DNA from: Mytilus californianus
Lineage: Eukaryota
Assembly (NCBI RefSeq): GCF_021869535.1
Contig: NW_026262637.1
Location: forward strand, 26,412,001 to 26,476,000
Length of the DNA stretch: 64,000 nt
Direction: 5' to 3'
Shown here: positions 37,574 to 52,398 of the stretch, one piece after another
Position numbering within the stretch: position 1 is the stretch's first letter
Layout of the letters: every line of letters starts with the position of its first letter
Made by a program: the position numbers and the translations under genes
The notes under the pieces: model-generated
Told to the model about the DNA's origin: nothing
What the model saw: the letters and a program-made list of their open reading frames with translations, nothing else
Database searches by the model: none

Positions 37574-40399
37574 TTAAAGAGTACACCACTGGTTTACAGA
37601 AACGCAAAGCAATTGCATCGTTCAATAGGTTATTGTTGTTTTTATTGTTTAGGCCTGAGGTTGGTTGGTGGTAGAGATATACAACATAGAAATTCTCCCA
37701 GACCAGCTATAAGACTATGTAGACTGTGGTCACATAGGAAATCACTACGACCATCCGCTTTATCTGTTACACATCATGCAGGTTATAAAGATTTGTGGCT
37801 TACAGTGTTAGCAAAGCTGGTAAACAATATTGCGTTTAAACAAGGCACCTATTTATACAGATGGTGTCCGTAATCCTGTTCGATAAGTTGGACAATGCAT
37901 AGGATGACCAACAGCTGTAACATTTATTTACTGGTACATTGTATGAAATTATCAATTTAAAATTTCAAAGGGTTCCGTTTTATTCTATTTAATTATTTTT
38001 GTATACACCAAGTTCAGAATCGTTAAGAGATGTGGATAATATTGGATGATGAGTATTGAAAACGGTTATTCTGATACTGTTGTTTACATTTTACAGTGCA
38101 GTACTTAAAATTTTACGCATTTAGATCTATTTAAAAAATGCAAATGAAATGTTTCAAATTATTGCATAGATTTACCGGGGTGCTTGAATAGGTAGGGTCA
38201 ATTTCCTAGGTATTTATCTATTAGCAGGGCCATTTTGATAAGGTCTTTCAATCTTTTCTCAGTGGTGTAGTATCCAACTCCATGTATGTAAAAAAAACTT
38301 AAGGTTTTTACAAATATAGAATAGCATTGGCTTTTTCTAATCAGATCACACATTGTTCACGCCTAACGACAGCCCTAAACCACAATTTTGACCCCAAAAA
38401 TGTAACAGAAGGACACCTCTACAAAAACCATAATTATGTTGGAAGTAAAGCGTCTTTTGGATGCATAATAATTCATTTGTGGTAATCGACGTCCTTCAAT
38501 GCAAAATTTTACAAAAACATGTAAATTTTGCAATTTTTAAATCAAAATGCCTTCAAAAGCAACATGTAATGATGAATAACACTTTTTAAATTATGATATA
38601 GAAATATGTAAAATGGTGGAAAAAAGTAATAGGATGTAGATTCTTCATTTTTATAACATTCAATTTCTAGTAGGATTTGAAAACTTTAATATTTTTTTAC
38701 CCTTCGATTGAAACAAGTACAGTGGAAATGGGTCCTACCTATTTGCAATTATAAATTAAAATAGTCACTCCTCAGCAAAAGTTGCTTTATGATTTTGGAC
38801 GTAAATACAGGAGATTTGTTTCTCGTGTTATTATGTTGCTGTCTCATTTACTTATAACATACATATCCTTCTGTTCTTATTGTATACACGTCAACAAATA
38901 TTAGTATCTTGTCTGTAGTCAGACCATGTGTGACGGTGTGACACCCCTGCACACCAAAACACCACTTTGTCGAGATAAGTACACAAATGTAGTAGTAATT
39001 ACAATTCTTCATAATAAAGAGCAAATCAGTCATAATCTATTATCCATCAAATCAGTCTCTAGTCACCTTAAAGCCCATGCACGGTCCCAACAAGTAACCC
39101 AATCCAGGCTGTTAGACGTCAGAGCCATTTCGGTCTAATTTGCACACGTACATTTCATTTAACAATTAATTTATACAATTTTATTTACATATGAAACAAA
39201 TGAATTTCTTTATAAAATATTTTACAACTTTTTAATCTTAAAAGTCGTTTTATCCAAAACGTCGAGATACATCTATTAATATTCAAATCTGAAGATATAA
39301 TTATGACATCGTGGCAACTATGGAGGGTTATCTTTAGTCAATTGTCTGTCTACAATATATTAGTATTATCTTCAATAATAGACTAAAAAAATAGATATTT
39401 TAATTTCAGGAGAAATCGTTTGCGTCCAAAAAAGCTCCCTTTTGCATTTTATACATAAGGAAATGCCTGTACCAAATCAGGAATATGACAGTTGTTTTCC
39501 ATTCGTTTGATGTGTTTGAGCTTTTGATTTTGCCATTTGATAAGGGACTTTCCGTTTTGAATTTTCCTTGGAGTTCGGTATTTTTGTTATTTTACTTTTT
39601 GCACCACAGCCTATTTGCACAAATGCTACCTTAACGCCGCTAGTTTTCAAAATGGGGTATTTTGATATTTTGATATTTGGGTACCATTTGAGCCGATATT
39701 AAAGTATAATAGGATTCCGCCAATTAATCTTAATAAAAGTTATGATTTCCCTCCTCCTTTATTCGGGACTGTGACCAAGCAGTTTACACTGGAGCTTTTA
39801 AAAATTCATTCTGAGATTATATTTGTCGCTCTGATATTTGTTGGTTGGTCTCCTGTATAGAATATGTTATATCCACTTAAAAATGTGATGCACTTCAGTA
39901 TCATTTGTATAAGTTTGTACACATTGATATCGATAAATATCAGACGTCGAGCCACAATATGAATCGTTTCGGCGTTTGAGCGCAGTGAACAAGCAAAAAA
40001 GATTTTAAAATTTACTTCCTGCGGAATTGTATATCCACCTTTTCTTTTATTTTTAAGAAAGAGTAGTCCTTTTTGTTCCATAGATAATTCTTTTGAAGGT
40101 TTCATAATTTATTAAGGATTTTTATGTATGATAAATATGTTTACAGATTGAATAGGCGCAAATAAATCTGTATTTTGGCGCAATTGATAACTTTAAAAAA
40201 TAAAATTTGGCGCATACTTGAAACTAGCAGTTTGCGCAAAAAGACTGCAGCTTAAATTTCTGTCTCTCATTTCAGTTTCAGATAAAACCATAGGACATCT
40301 GACAGTTTTTTTATATCGGCAACTCAGATTAAGATATCTGCATAAAAATAATCAAAAGATATATGAATGTATTGTGGACTTCAAGGAGCATATAACAGT

Positions 40400-40870
40400 T
40401 TTTGGCAAGATGGTATTCTCTTAAAACTGGCTAAACAAGTGCTTGGCAAACATATCTACCAAGTTATAAAAATAAATTGAGACAGTTGAATGCAAAAAGT
40501 TATCTTCATGCAAAACATCTGAAACATTTTATAAAGGTAAGAATTTCTAATAAATACAAAAGTCTTAATAAGAACAATATTGAAAACCTATATGAACAAA
40601 GTCAACTCTTTCTAGATACAAGTGTCTTAAACTAAATTCAGAGAGAGAATTTTATTATCACATTCCAACTTTGAAATTCGAAAACTTGTCACAAAATTTA
40701 AAATATGTAATTATGATATGAAATTTGAGTTGGTTAAATATAAAAAAAGTACCTCGTAATCTTAAAATATGTAATTTTTGCTCTAGTTATGATGTACATG
40801 CCGAATATCATTTCTTCTTCCATTGCGCAAGAAATGAAAATTTAAGAAGCAATTACTTGTCTAACCTGGC
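40400..40870 (+). mobile_element. Highly degenerate 3' fragment of a similar non-LTR retrotransposon
   Basis: NFEIRKLVTKFKI...KVPRNLKICNFC...EYHFFFHC resembles the C-terminal zinc-knuckle region seen at 19538-19732. Confidence 0.6.
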
Positions 40871-42748
40871 ATAATGAGTTACACTTTTAAAAAATGTTAC
40901 TGTCTACAAAGTCCATGATCCTTCAATGGAACTTCTGACAAGGAACTCTTGATGAACCGATTGTTTTAAAATTTGTTGTGTATATGTTTTATGTAATTTG
41001 AATTCTGTTTTCATGCTTTTAAGACAATACAGATTATTATTATCGTAATTGTTATTATTGTTATTTAAAAGTGTCCTTTTGAACATTATTTTTTTACAAA
41101 AAAATAGATTCACCGGTTTAGCAAGAAATATAATGTACCTGTCTTATAAGTGACAAAATGGTGAGAAAGTGTCGTCTGCTTAACACATGTTATTTATATG
41201 TAACAAAAATCGCCCTCCACATCCCTGACAATTTTTCCCAATTAAAGTCATATAAATTTGAAAAATTGCAAACAGGTTCTTACGGAAAATTATATGAAAC
41301 CATATTTAACTATTGCTTGTATCCATAGGACGCATGTCTCCTCGAGCTGAGCACGCGCTGAAGAAACGATTCGTGACCAATCAGCGACAGTCAACACTGA
41401 AAACAAATACTCACACGTGCGCTACACGCAATTTCTTTCTTAACTACAGTTGCTCAGTCGGGTGCTCTAATTTTTATTACAGCGAAAATAAAGGACAATC
41501 TTGATTTTGAAGCTAACTAGTATCGGAAATTTAAAAATCTGAATAAAACCCCGATATATTTGTTTCCTTTTCTTTTCGGAAGTGTAAAAACAGTCAATCT
41601 AATTAAAATATAGTTCTCTGATTTGGTTTTACTCATATGAGTATATAAGAGCACGCGAGTTGATATGAATCAGAATTTTGATCAGATTGAAAAACACTGA
41701 GTTTACATTGAAATCATGTTTGTTTAAAAATCTGACAAAGAAAGAAATGGATAACTTATATATAATTTACTGTAATGTATACAACAAACAAGCATACATG
41801 CTCTTCATTACGAATTTGGATGTCCTTAGAGGTAATATGCTACATGCAAAGTTTCTACGTATTTAAACACCAATTGCTTTCACATGTTCATGTTAACTGT
41901 TCCTGATTAAGGTAAATCCTGAAAAGGCTTCGGAAGTACGACATTTATAAAGTGTTATTTTAATGTCTTGTACAAAGGCCGAAAATAAATGTATATCCAT
42001 CTTTACATTCAAATGCTTCGTCAAATATTGCAACTGATATTTATAATTGATAACATTGATTCCCATATTTTGTCAGTCTAGTATTGCAATTATCAATAAT
42101 CTATATACCTTCAAAATTAGAATGACCGACCGTCATGAAACATAAATATATATTTGATTGACGGTAGATGGCTTTGTTACGTATACTCTTTTACAAATAA
42201 AATGTAAGAAACTGTTTTTCCCCCAAAGTCATATGGAATGTCTAATTGTAATATGCATACATTTTTACAAGATTGGAATGAAAAAAATTGAAGTGTTAAG
42301 ATGTATACAAAATGTTTCATTTAAAGTCTAGTAGCTGATTTCAATAAAACTAATTGGTCTGTTCCGATTCTTTATCTGTCACCAAATTGTTTGATTTGCA
42401 GATGAAAAAGATTAATGCGGCAAAATATTCAATAGCCAGTTTTATCATAATATTTACAATTTTTATAATTCCCTTATTGGGAAAAATCAAAAGAAGTTTT
42501 AACGAAATTTAAATAAAAAATACTTTAAATAAAAGAATTAGCTAAAGGAAATCTGAACATTCATCATAATAAAAAATAAAGTATAAGATTAATTATATTT
42601 GTAATTATTAGCATACATGCTTCTTATCGTCCAGTGATACGTTTCCAATATCAGTACGCACGCGCGTAAAGCTACTTTCTATGGAATGTCGCAGCTTGAA
42701 TTGTGGTAGAAAACTTTCAATTGTCATGGAAACACAAAAACGCTTTCA

Positions 42749-42767
42749 CAGATGTTTTAGTTCCCAC
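42749..42767 (+). promoter_or_regulatory. E-box plus RBPJ/Su(H) TC-box composite (PTF1-J-like)
   Basis: CAGATG-ttttag-TTCCCAC, about 35 bp upstream of the TATA box. Confidence 0.45.
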
Positions 42768-42802
42768 TTTTCAGATACATCAATAAAATAAGAAAATACG
42801 CC

Positions 42803-42810
42803 TATATAAA
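42803..42810 (+). promoter_or_regulatory. TATA box of PRDM13
   Basis: TATATAAA 43 nt upstream of the ATG at 42846. Confidence 0.6.
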
Positions 42811-42845
42811 GCAGACTCCTCGGTTATTTCCAAAATTTGCTCATA

Positions 42846-45800
42846 ATGCTTGGTGGTACTGGTCCGAAACATACGAACGGCAACCCTAGTGATTATAATA
42901 CAGGGGTTATAGCCGCAACTGATATTCCGGAAAACTGTATTGCTGGTCCACATCCCGGGGAGTTCAAATTGGGACAGAATTCTCTTGACGAACCAAATAT
43001 AGATTATATCATAGAGGTATGTTAACTTATGTTAAAATAGAATCAAAAGAAATAAAATGTGATGTTTTTTTATCAACTAGAATTAATAAATGAAATAATA
43101 ATAACACATAGATACATACTATATCAAAAAGAATTCAAAATTACTTTGAAACATTTAGAATAAAATTTCTTTTTTAAACTGAAAAGTTTTATTAAAAGTC
43201 TTTTATGCTGTTACAAATTTGATTAACATATTACTTTACAGCCCTTCCAAAATTCATACGATTTTATACGTTTTAAATGTCTTTTTTCACAATAAATCCT
43301 TACTGAAATATATACAAAAATATTTTTTTTTACGGAAAATGAATACAATATGAAATTAAAAAGTATTATTTTGTTTTGATATATCTTAAAGAATTTTTTG
43401 GAAATTCTATTTAAAAGTAGTTTTTAAAAGACGGATTGGTTGAAAATCGCCACCCGATGAACTGCAAGACGAGAAAAAAAAATCGAATTCATGCAATACG
43501 TTTATACGAAGGAAATGCATTCGTGTCCGAGTTTTTATTCTTCATTCAAAAACATATTACTAATTGCATTCAAATTTACAACCACTGACCGTTTTAAATG
43601 ATGATTTTTAAAAAATATTTTTATATTTAATCAAAGAAGTGATTACTGATATCAAAACCAAGTATTAGGCGGTTCACCGTCGGAAGTTGAATCTAATAGT
43701 TCATGTGGAATACCTCCGTTTTCTGTTTTAGTCTAAACATGATTTTATTCATAAATTTAAGCAGAAGATAGATACTAGAAAATTTTGAATTTATTTTGGA
43801 AACAGATAAAAGTATTATTAACATCTTGATCTAACTTAAACTAAAAAATCTCAGTGTCCTTGTTCTTAACAATAATTTGAATTCAAAAGAAGAAAATTTG
43901 TTGAAAGATATTTCTTTTTTATTCTTTTTTTTTAACCGAAAATGATGCATGAATTATGGTAATCTAATATTTTGTTTTCATATATGAACATATGTTTAAT
44001 ATTTCTTACCAGTAAAATTTATATGGAAAAATTAGAGTATCTCTATTTACTTCCAAAGTCTGCAGTTGACGTATCTCATGCACAAGGTTAGCAGACATAA
44101 CTTTTATTTTTAAAATGTATTCTAATAAATTAACCATACGTACGAGTATTGCTCATTGTTGAAGGTCGTACGGTGCTCTGTAGTTGTCATATCATTGTCC
44201 TTTGGTCCTTTGTGGACAGTTAACTCACTAGCTCCCATACAACATCTCCTTATTTTTATATAACTTGATGAAACATACAAAAACTTCTTTTAGTGACAAA
44301 ACCAAACAGGACCAAAAGTAAAGCCAAACTCAGACACGGAATCAGCTATGCTTGAGGGACATACATTCCTTAATTTTAAATGATATACAACACTTGATAA
44401 CAGCAAATTTCAACAAAATAACACCCGTTTGTTCATGTCAGTCAGTATCGTAGACCCTCACACAGAATGTCTAAATGCAGAACATCAATAAAAGCACTGT
44501 TCCTGCAATACATTGATTATTATCATAGCATTTAGTCTGTTATGGTCTCGTGCACATTCAAACTCACCACTTCTGTGAAAAAATTTAAGTCTCTAATAGA
44601 AATAAAATAACAGTGATGCTCATAGGGCTATATAAGTGCGAAGTTAGATATATCAAGTCTAAAATGTGTTGCACATAGATTTTTGAAGAATTTGATACTG
44701 TTCTACATGACCACAGCGGATATGGGAAGACACGCGAAGAACCAATCTCGCCATTATTTGTCAAATTCTCGTTTTTTTTTGTTGTCTGTTCAACACATGT
44801 CAGAGTAAACCTTTGGTGTCTCTGTGAACTTTCTCAGAACTTGTCTCGCTTTTGCCGTATCCAAGGATGTTCTCTACTATGGTTTTTGACTTTTTGTCAG
44901 ATATTCTGAATCCTTTAGTTTTATCCATGTAGTGCAAATAAAGATTTTGCCCGCTAATCCCTACTTTTCTTTTCATGATTTTATTACATTTAGTTTAAAA
45001 AGCCATTTTCGAAAATCTTATAAAATCCTTGTGCCAAGGTGCTAATGTCAAATGTATGAAAAATCAAGAGAGAATCATTTCCCGCCAAATTTTTAATTGA
45101 TTATATTTCAAAAACAAGGACACGGACCTGTAGCTTTTTCCTACTTTTTAAGTTCCGTTATTTATATAATATCAATTTATAACAGTCTTTTAAAAAGCTT
45201 GTTATTTTTAGACAGAGGAGCGAACATTAAAGTTACTTGTGTACCTGTCTATCATTGAAGACAGTATGGCTATCTGTGGTAAACATACGTTATTGGATTG
45301 TCTTAATAACTTTTACCCCAGCGATATTTTTTTATGGAATAAAACTCTGTAGAAACCAAAGTCATAGAGTCTCCAATCTGTCCCATGCCCCTAAATGCCA
45401 TTGGAATCAACTTGCTGAAAAGCTTAGGAAAAATCAAAATGAAGCTGCAAATTAAAAGTGTGTCTCTAGCCCAAAGTCATCCCCCCACCTAACAACCATA
45501 GGAGTTAGCTTCAACCAATGCACGCATGCCTATTTGACTAATTGTGTGCTATGGTAAAAAAAATCGAATGTAGTTTACTTAATCGAGTACACCTTACGGT
45601 TAAAATGACATCACTGATTAAATCATTCACGAGTTAAGTGGTTGTTATGTTTATACCTGAACGTCTGTTTTATACACCTCTATTATATAGTTATGTTCGC
45701 TGCTTTTAAATTTTGTGGACACACTTTCTCTCAAGTTTTTCTAGTAGCTGTTGCTGGATCAATTTGCAATGTAAATTGTCATTATCATGATCTGCACGAC

Positions 45801-48800
45801 ACTTAAACGCGAAATTTATCCGCCCACTTATTGCAATTATTTACACAAGAAACGTCAAACTATTTGCTGTATTTTCTAATTTGTCATGTTCCGTACTTAA
45901 GGAGATAACAAACTCATCGTTGAAATATGACAAGTATGTTATTAACTTTTGTCCTAAAATTAATCTTTTACCTTTACATGCGGACCTTAATTGAAGGTTA
46001 CCATCAAGAGTTCAAATGTTGTTACAGCGCACGTGCTTCCTTGGAAACGACCAAGGTTAAGAAAGGTCTCGTAAATGTCAAGTTCTTTGTGAACCTTTGA
46101 CGTCTACTTAAATTATAAATTAAAAATTTCCAGAAGATGATTTACTATTTCAGGAATTCCATGAAAAGACATGTTTTCGAATGCAAGTGAAAGCCATGAT
46201 CTTTTAAATAGAAATATATATCGGATAGAATTTAATAAAAAGGAATGAAATGATCAAATAATTAAATAAAAAGTTTACTTTCTTAAATAAATAAAGATAA
46301 TTGTTGGTATCTATCTTAAGTTCAACATTTTTTTTCAAGAGCTATGCATTGATAAATCAGGGGTTGTTTAACTACATTTTTTTCCCAAAAATACATTGCT
46401 TGGACAGATGTCTTGGTTCCAGTGGTAACGAAACGTAGTAACAGTCAATGTATAAATTGAAATAGATTTTATTTGTCGCGCGTAGTGCAGGATAAGATAC
46501 TGTTAAAAATGAAACAAATCGGCTTAGATTTCTCGATACTCTTGAAGATGATCGCTTTAGCAAATATCTGTCTGCCAACACTCAAAATTTGGCAACATCC
46601 TGGCTCCTGTTACGCCTTTTAAAGGAAACTTAAACCCGTGCTTCAACATGTAACTTGTCTTCTGTAAATAATGCTGAAGTATTTGAAAGTATAAATGAAA
46701 GACTTTCATTAAAATAAGCAAATAAATAATTAAGCAGCGGATTTAAAATTGAAATATTTTATTTGTTACCAGATTATCATTTAGTTAAAGAATTTTTATT
46801 AGTCGCGTGCTCATTTAATACTAATTTTAAATATTTATAAGGAAAACATTAAATCACCAGTCAAACAATTATCAAAAGATTTTATTTAACAGGTGAAGCA
46901 CAAAGATGGGCGGATAACTCTTGATTTTGAATCATCCAATCAGTGGATAAAATATGTCCAGCCTGCACGAGACCGACACGAGCAGAATATCGAGTTCTAT
47001 AAAGACCGAACTGGTACCATCTATCTCCGGACTACAAGAAAACTAAAGATGGGAGAACAGCTATACGCATGGTTCAGCGAACCATTAGCCAGGGAAAGTG
47101 GAGTTCCTTTTTTGTCACTGCAAAACATTATCGGTAAGATATAAATAAGATTCTGACTCGGAAATGTCAGAATAAATCATTTATTTTTATATCTTATTTT
47201 CATCATAATCTTTATTTCAATGCTTGAATCCTGAGTTTTTTTTAAATTTTTAATTACAGCAAAAGAATGAAAGTTTTGGAATATATATTTCTTTTTCCAT
47301 ATTTAATATTTCATAATTATGATACATTGAACCAAAAGAAGCAAGTCGATATGTTTTTGTGATTTTTTTAATGAAAATTGTATTTTTTTTTAATTTAAAA
47401 TAGCTGAAATTTGACAAGAAATTATTAACAGTTCAATGAAAAAGCACATTGAACGCCATCATAAATTAATATCACCACCTGGTACCATCATCATCTTCAT
47501 TATTATAATTATTACTTTTTTTCAAAAATTTTATTATTATCATTTGTTTGGTTATTATTCTTATTAGTATTACTATTATTACTATTATTATTATCATAAT
47601 TATAATTTTAAAATACTTTAGGGGAAAATATGACATTAGAATAATCAATTTTTTCACATAATTTACATGATATAAAATTTATTATGAAAGAAAGTTCTCT
47701 GGTTATTACAAGGTAATCTTTATTTACGAGAATGTTGCAAATATAAAAATAAGATGTCACTGGTATGATTACATATGCGACAAATATCTAAAGAGTCCTA
47801 ATGAAATAGAGGTCACTGAACGGCTTTCAACAATAAGCAAAACTAATATCATATGTCAAGCTATAAAAAAATCCCCGACATGACAAAAGGTGAAACAATC
47901 CAGACGAAAAACCAACGGCCTAATTTATAACAAAATAATAAACGAAAAACATATATGTCAGGCAGCAGCCAACGACAACCACTGAACAACAGCATGTGAC
48001 GGGTTGTGCATGTTTCAACGAAGTTACTTATAAATTAGTTCAGTCATTACAATTTCATTAAAGTGCGTATAAACAAGAACATTGAAATTTCTATCATCCT
48101 TTTGTAGTATTTTTGATTGATTGATTGATTGATTGGCGTTTGCTTTACACCGCCTCAGCACAAAAAGGCTATATCGCGACAAAAACTATCTTTGAACTAA
48201 TTTTTCTCTGAAAACTACTATTAAACCAAGATTTCCTAATGGTGAAATTGAAATTATCCTTTCGAAAATTTTACGGACATCAAGAGTTGGTTGAACCTTA
48301 CGGAATATCTGTTTCACAGATGACGACGGATATGTTTCAATCGTCGTAACCACAATCCCGCCCTCCTTTTTCCCGAATATGACCTACCGAATGAGACTTA
48401 TCTCCGGCTTTGCTTCATGAGCAACACGACGGGTGCCACACGTGGAACAGGATCTGATTACCCTTCCGGAACAACTGAAATCACCCCGGGTTCGTGTTGC
48501 TCAGTCTTTGGTTATCTATGTTGTGTTTACTATACTGTTCTTTGCCTTTTGGTCTTTTTCATTTTTTGCCATGGCATTGTCGGTTTAATTTCGACTTATG
48601 AGTTTGATTATCCCTTTGATATCTTTCGCCTCTCTTTGAAAAAACTATTAAGTCTTTTTAGGGTTCAGTAAAAAAAATGTCCTCCCGTTTTTTTTCTATG
48701 TTTATTTCGTTATGGAGTTCATGTTTGGGATAACACTGAGGACTGTCTCATTCTCGTAGATAAGTATTCCTGAAAGCTTAAGAAATATCTTGCTGTAACT

Positions 48801-50876
48801 AATATTTTCTCATTGCGTGAATATACCACACTGGAATATAGCCCAAAAGAATTGTCTTAATCGTCGTATGTCAAATTCATAGTACGTAAGTAAACTGTTT
48901 CATTCTTCTTCCAGTTTTCCAAAATTTTACAATTTATAATTATTGTAAATATTGGTATTTTCATATTAACAACATATCAGTGTTATTGCAATAAATTACT
49001 GGATGATTCAGAAAATAAACCACCTTCTTCGACAGATCACTAACCTTTTATAAGAACAAAAGAGATATCCCATACCACACACACAGAAGTTTTATAACAG
49101 TATATATTATACTTTAGACTCGGCATAATTAAATATATATCATAGTTAGTCGCGACACAGTAAAAAATCCCCGAGTTGTCTTCCTTCTTCCAATTCTTTT
49201 TGGCTGGGTTCGTGTTTCTCAATCTATAAAGTGTGTAGTGCTTTATTGACTGTTGTCTGTTCGTCTTTTTTTCTTTTGGTCATGGAATTTTATGTTTTTC
49301 TTCTATTCTTTTATGATTTTTGATTGTCCACTTGGTATCCCCCCTCTACATTATTGACTTCTCGAAAGCTGTAATCTTTATTTTATCACTGCAAGATTCA
49401 TAAATATATAATAATCTTTATTGGACCTTAGTAAGACAAGAGTAATCACTGACATTACTATAATAAAAAAAATATCCTGGTAGAAAAGCGAATAGCCCGC
49501 AAAGGTTCACATCAGCTCAAGTAAAGGATGACTTATAGTTGCTTACATCAATGTCATTTGAACTCTGATGGACAATTACCTCATTAGCAATCATACCACA
49601 CCTCCCTTTTTTAAAGACAATAAAACAAATAGAAAGAATTCATTGGATAAAGTATTGTTTAAACCAAAATAGAGAAAGCTGGAAAACTTAACAAATATAT
49701 CGAACGTTTAATTGCTTATGTCACATGTTTTTTTTCTTTTCATTACAGCTTGATAACATTTCTGGTACATGTACTAATATATGTTTAACATCAAGTTACG
49801 TTGTTACCATTTTAATATCAACTCCTCTATAAAACCTCACTTATAATCATATCAGCAAATGGTATTCAGTTTCCATCCAATATGTCGACGAATATTTCCA
49901 TCTATAAAGCTACATTTTGTATCTCTTTTCAAAATACATTTCTATCTTTGCAGGTAATCAGCAATACCAATGTGACAAATGCCAATTGTCATATAGATAT
50001 CCAAATCCACTTAAATCTCACATGATGTTCAGATGTAGAACACAGGAAGCAGAAATCCAACCATTAAACCCTTACGGGCATCAGTGGAATCCATTCCTAA
50101 CACTAGGTTGCAGCAGCTCACGATCTTGCATACCAAAAACGGACTACACACAGTACTTTCGAAATCATACAACGGGTTATATCAAAGAAGATAAGTGTTT
50201 TACAAATGCTTGGATGACACACTTGTCATCAAAGTCACCACACTCGCGTTTCGATCAAATGTGCATGTCACCACATAATGACTGTTTTGAACATAACGCA
50301 AGATTGTCTCCTCCCAAAGGTATAACATTCAGTCCAGCACAATCACATTTCTTTCCTTTTCAACATTGTACAAATCTTTATTATAATTTGATACCAACAT
50401 CTCCAGCATCCAATGGAACTGATCATGATCCTGAAGCTGTCTGTAAAAACAAAGACATTAAAAGAAACAGTGTTGTTCCTTTACCGTCGGAAATGGAAGG
50501 AGAACCCTTAGACATTTTACCAAAATCGCTTTTAACAAAATGTAAAAGTGGACATATATGTATTTTCTGTGGCAAATTTTACTCCAGGAAGTATGGACTT
50601 AAGATACACCTTCGGACACATACAGGTTATAAACCATTAAAATGCAAGGTCTGCTTACGTCCTTTTGGTGATCCCAGCAACTTAAACAAACACGTGCGTC
50701 TTCATGCAGAAGGAGAGACCCCGTACAGATGTGAATTTTGCAATAAAGTTCTCGTGCGTAGACGGGATTTGGAAAGACACATTCGTTCCCGCCACCCAAA
50801 AGAAACCAGTGCATCCGTTTTGGACAGTGACTCTATCAAAGATAATAGTGATAATGAAGAAATAATTGTTGCTTAA
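42846..50876 (+). CDS. PRDM13: PR/SET domain zinc finger protein 13, 444 aa, 3 exons
   Basis: Exons 42846-43016, 46893-47133 and 49954-50876 (phases 0 and 1; 1335 nt). PR-domain motifs WIKYVQPARDRHEQN and LYAW; first finger YRYPNPLKSH; C-terminal fingers YSRKYGLKIHLRTHTGYKPLKCKVCLRPFGDPSNLNKH...VLVRRRDLERH are diagnostic for PRDM13. AATAAA at 50914-50919. Confidence 0.95.
47485..47610. repeat. Degenerate (ATT/CAT)n low-complexity tract
   Basis: Direct reading of the sequence. Confidence 0.75.
48299..48640 (+). repeat. Longest copy of the gagcaacacgacgggtgccac... interspersed repeat, in PRDM13 intron 2
   Basis: Matches 10300-10555 and 60880-61460; explains the spurious ORF 48417-48671. Confidence 0.75.
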
Positions 50877-51165
50877 ATATTTATTCCAGTTTTGTCTTTT
50901 ATTGTGATTCTTAAATAAATCAATTCTAGGTGAACTGTTTCTCTTTGATTCACACTGACTAAAACTCGTCGGAAAATTTAATGCGTGGCTCAACTTATAT
51001 ACACTTATTTCTAAATTTCATATGAAAAATCGAGGGGCATCTGTTTCTCCAAAAATTCGAGCTTTTCAAATGCTTTGATTTAAATAAACAAGCGACATAT
51101 CTTCACGTTTCCATGATAAGAAGTATTATTCCTTCTCTTTTAACAATATAACAAAGATCTAATAT

Positions 51166-51360
51166 ATCTATACTACTAAAATATCGAGGTCCAATTTGTT
51201 AGCCGGCATGACGTAACACGACGAATTCAACTTTATATATATTTAATATAGAACAATGGTGTTGTTTAAAATTCACCATTCCAGGCCCTTTTGTTTTCCA
51301 TATAATTAATATTACCAATAATTAACAAGCTCCGGGTCGAATCCGATACTGATACCAATA
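51166..51360 (+). mobile_element. Possible Helitron-like 5' fragment
   Basis: Begins at an A|TCTATACTACTAAAA motif typical of Helitron 5' ends; no 3' hairpin or CTAG identified. Confidence 0.35.
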
Positions 51361-52266
51361 TAAAAATAATTATGAGCGCTCAACCCTCCTATAACATGGG
51401 AGAGTGACGTAACAGCACAACATAAGAAAAATCTATAAAAATCAGTTGAAAAAGGCTTATGAAATATAGATTCGATCCAGGTAAACTTATCAATCCTTTA
51501 AATAAACTTATTCTAAAAGGTTACCTATTCAACACTGTAAATCTACAACAAAAAGGACACTAAGTACAGATCTGAGAGTACTCGCAGTTACTGACAGCTA
51601 GTCCATAGCAAATAACAACTAATACAAAAATCATGTATCTAAGACTAAAATTTCAATCATTACACATCCAACATCCAATGGATTTAGTGTAAAGACGTCA
51701 TTAACAGTCAGAGAAAAACATGACCTTGTGCAATGCCAAAATGCCAAACGATCGACAGATTGTAGTACCGTTAAAGTGCATATGTGTATAACAAAACTAT
51801 TAGTAAGATTATATGTCGTCTGGTACCTTCTGTAAATCCCTCCTCTATCAGGTGAACCTGGAATTCTTCCTGTGGTTGTTTTATATGTTACACTATGTTA
51901 CACTATTTAACAAGTCTGTTTTCTTCCACCTCAATACCACTATTAATTTTGGTTAATTGGTTAAAATATTAAATGTAGTTTATAGTTTATAAGTTTATTG
52001 TAGTAAGAAAACCAGGACGGGTTCAACCAGAAAGATTTTGAAAGCAGAGAAAACTGTGCACCTTACGATCAGTATGATCTTATCAGATGACAATACGAAT
52101 ACTAAAAATCCAGGCTAAAAAAATAGGCATAGGTACTTTAATTCAGTCACTGACCCGCATGTCGCGGGTGTGTTCTAGTATAAACACACACACACATATA
52201 TATATGAACATGTTGTTATTTTGTATATCAGTAGCAAAGAGTCCCCAAAATAACCCCCCATTCCCT

Positions 52267-52280
52267 AAAAAAAACCCCAA

Positions 52281-52311
<31 letters not shown>

Positions 52312-52398
52312 CAAAAACAAAACAAAAAACAAAAAACAAAAAACAAAAAAACAAAAACAAAACAAAAATAACAGCAAAATTAAAAACAAAAAACAGAA
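52267..52398. repeat. (AAAAC)n-like A-rich microsatellite
   Basis: Direct reading of the sequence. Confidence 0.9.

Noticed and set aside
37562-37873. 103-aa ORF next to the Harbinger MITE
   Set aside because: No homology recognised, and it starts inside the MITE terminal repeat.
27117-50876. RSPH3 and PRDM13 linkage as conserved synteny (both on human 6q)
   Set aside because: The human genes are far apart, and two genes cannot support a synteny claim.
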